From Candidatus Eiseniibacteriota bacterium (GTDB taxonomy: Bacteria; Eisenbacteria; RBG-16-71-46): a stretch of 38,405 nt of DNA. The stretch lies in contig JAXDBZ010000083.1 of NCBI GenBank assembly GCA_034678345.1, forward strand, positions 1 through 38,405, written 5' to 3'. This document shows positions 37,118 through 38,405 of the stretch, piece by piece. Below the pieces are notes generated by a model. That model saw nothing but the letters and a program-made list of their open reading frames with translations, was not told where the DNA came from and ran no database searches. A program made the position numbers and the translations under genes. Each line of letters begins with the position of its first letter. Positions within the stretch are counted from its first letter, which is position 1.

Positions 37118-38296
37118 ATGCGCTCCGTGATCACCCCGCGCCTGGCGCTGCTGACGGCGGCGCACTTCACCGTGGACGTCTATTCCTCGTTCTTCTCGCC
37201 GCTGCTGCCCCTGCTCGCCACGCGGCTCGGCATGAACCTGGCCATGGTCGGCACCCTGGTGGCGCTCGCCTCGCTGTCCTCCTCGTTCTCGCAGCCGCTC
37301 TTCGGGATGCTCGCGGACCGCCTCCGCCGGCCGTGGCTCATCGGCCTGGGTCCGCTCGTGGCCGCCGCGCTCATGAGCTCGGTCGGTCTGGCGCCCACGT
37401 TCGCGACGCTGGTCGCCGTCCTCATGGTGGGCGGCCTGGGCGTGTCGTGGTTCCACCCCCAGTCGGCGGTGCTGGCGACGCAGTCGGCGCCGCGCCGTTC
37501 GCTGGCCATGGCGGTCTTCATCACCGGCGGCACGCTGGGCGGCGCCCTGGGTCCGCTCGTCGCGGTGACGGTCGTGGGCCGGGTGGGGCTCGAGCGTTCT
37601 TGGCTGGCCATGTGGCCCGGCGTGGCGCTGGCGGCCGTGCTCATCGCGGTGCTGGCCCGGGGGCATCGGACCGGGCCCGCGGTCGTGGCGGAGAGCACGC
37701 CGGCCCTGCGGGAGCTGCGGCCGGTGCTGCGGCCGCTCGCCCTGCTCTACGTGGCGGTGGTGGCGCGGTCGGCCGTCTCCTACGGCTTCATGACGTTCCT
37801 GCCGATGTACCTGCACGAGCTCGGCTACCCGGTCTCGTTCGGCGGGACGGCCCTGACCGCGTACCTGGCGCTGGGGGCGCTGGGCGGCTTCGCCGGCGGC
37901 TGGCTGGCCGAGCGCCTGGGCGGGCGCGCCGTGGTCGTGCAGTCGTTCGTCGGCGCGATCCCGCTGTTCCTCGCCTTCCTCGTGCTGCCCACCCTGCCCG
38001 GACTGGTCTGCCTCGTCGTCGGCTCGTTCGTCGTGCAGGGATCGCTGCCGGTGAACGTGGTGCTCGGGCAGGAGCTGGCGCCCCGGCACTCCTCGACCAT
38101 CTCGAGCCTGCTGATGGGGGCCGCCTGGGGCGTGGGCGCGCTGGTGATCGCCCCGATCGGCGTTCTGGCGGACGCGTACGGTCTGCGCGTCGGACTGGCG
38201 GTGCTCACCGGCGTGCTCGTGCCGGGACTGCTCTGCGCTCTGGCCCTGCCCGTGCCGCGGGAGCCGGTCCCGCCGGTGGAGCCGCTCCACGCCTGA
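37118..38296 (+). CDS. MFS transporter, Fsr (fosmidomycin-resistance)-like (392 aa)
   Basis: AHFTVDVY...PLLP; QPLFGMLADRL; FHPQ; GGWLAERLGGR; about 12 hydrophobic segments. Confidence 0.9.
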   Translation: MRSVITPRLALLTAAHFTVDVYSSFFSPLLPLLATRLGMNLAMVGTLVALASLSSSFSQPLFGMLADRLRRPWLIGLGPLVAAALMSSVGLAPTFATLVAVLMVGGLGVSWFHPQSAVLATQSAPRRSLAMAVFITGGTLGGALGPLVAVTVVGRVGLERSWLAMWPGVALAAVLIAVLARGHRTGPAVVAESTPALRELRPVLRPLALLYVAVVARSAVSYGFMTFLPMYLHELGYPVSFGGTALTAYLALGALGGFAGGWLAERLGGRAVVVQSFVGAIPLFLAFLVLPTLPGLVCLVVGSFVVQGSLPVNVVLGQELAPRHSSTISSLLMGAAWGVGALVIAPIGVLADAYGLRVGLAVLTGVLVPGLLCALALPVPREPVPPVEPLHA

Positions 38297-38309
38297 GCGG
38301 ACCTCGCAG

Positions 38310-38339
38310 GAGCGGCCCGCCCCGGAGGGCGGGCCGCTC
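38310..38339. terminator. Perfect 13-bp hairpin after the MFS gene
   Basis: GAGCGGCCCGCCC-cgga-GGGCGGGCCGCTC. Confidence 0.75.
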
Positions 38340-38361
38340 GGGAAGAACCGCGCTGCGGGTG

Positions 38362-38405
38362 CTACTTCGCGCCGCGCCGCCGGCGCTTCGCGCCGAAGAG
38401 GGAGT
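38362..38405 (-). CDS. Possible 3' end of a convergent gene truncated by the window edge
   Basis: Minus-strand frame reads ...SLFGAKRRRRGAK-TAG toward the hairpin. Too short to verify. Confidence 0.3.
   Translation of the reverse strand, partial: SLFGAKRRRRGAK

Overview
A very GC-rich bacterial chromosomal window (roughly 70-75% GC by eye) with about 32 real genes. Most of the long ORFs in the six-frame track are antisense or frame-shadow artefacts. No rRNA, tRNA, CRISPR array or mobile element was seen. Secreted proteins ending in FlgD-Ig/T9SS-like C-terminal domains, plus one ending in TWGRIKQMYR, suggest an FCB-group candidate phylum such as Eisenbacteria (inference). Layout: (1) 0.3-10 kb, secreted or envelope proteins: a 1495-aa HExxH metallopeptidase with a small secreted partner, a GxSxG hydrolase, a lipoprotein and a stand-alone LysM protein. 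(2) 10.3-20.8 kb, a 13-gene minus-strand cluster resembling an expanded orange-protein (Orp) metal/Fe-S system: DUF134, ZIP transporter, radical SAM, DUF364, methyltransferase, CGGC protein, OrpR-like PAS-sigma54 activator, NifB/NifX-family proteins, DUF5320, ferredoxin, a fused double MinD-like 4Fe-4S ATPase and an Mrp/NBP35-NifX fusion. Its regulation is readable in the DNA: a perfect 16-bp palindrome over a sigma70 -10 element, and an internal sigma54 promoter with two tandem palindromic upstream sites. (3) 21-25.6 kb, further secreted proteins. (4) 25.7-33 kb, the best candidate for an undescribed system: glutamate dehydrogenase followed by two PPDK-like ATP-grasp proteins that keep a divergent phospho-His motif but lack the pyruvate/PEP barrel. 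One is fused to a GAF-like N-terminus and a C-terminal nucleotidyltransferase, and it abuts a convergent metallophosphoesterase; together these may form a covalent-modification cascade. (5) 33-38.4 kb, an NYN protein, a sensorless hybrid histidine kinase and an MFS transporter.
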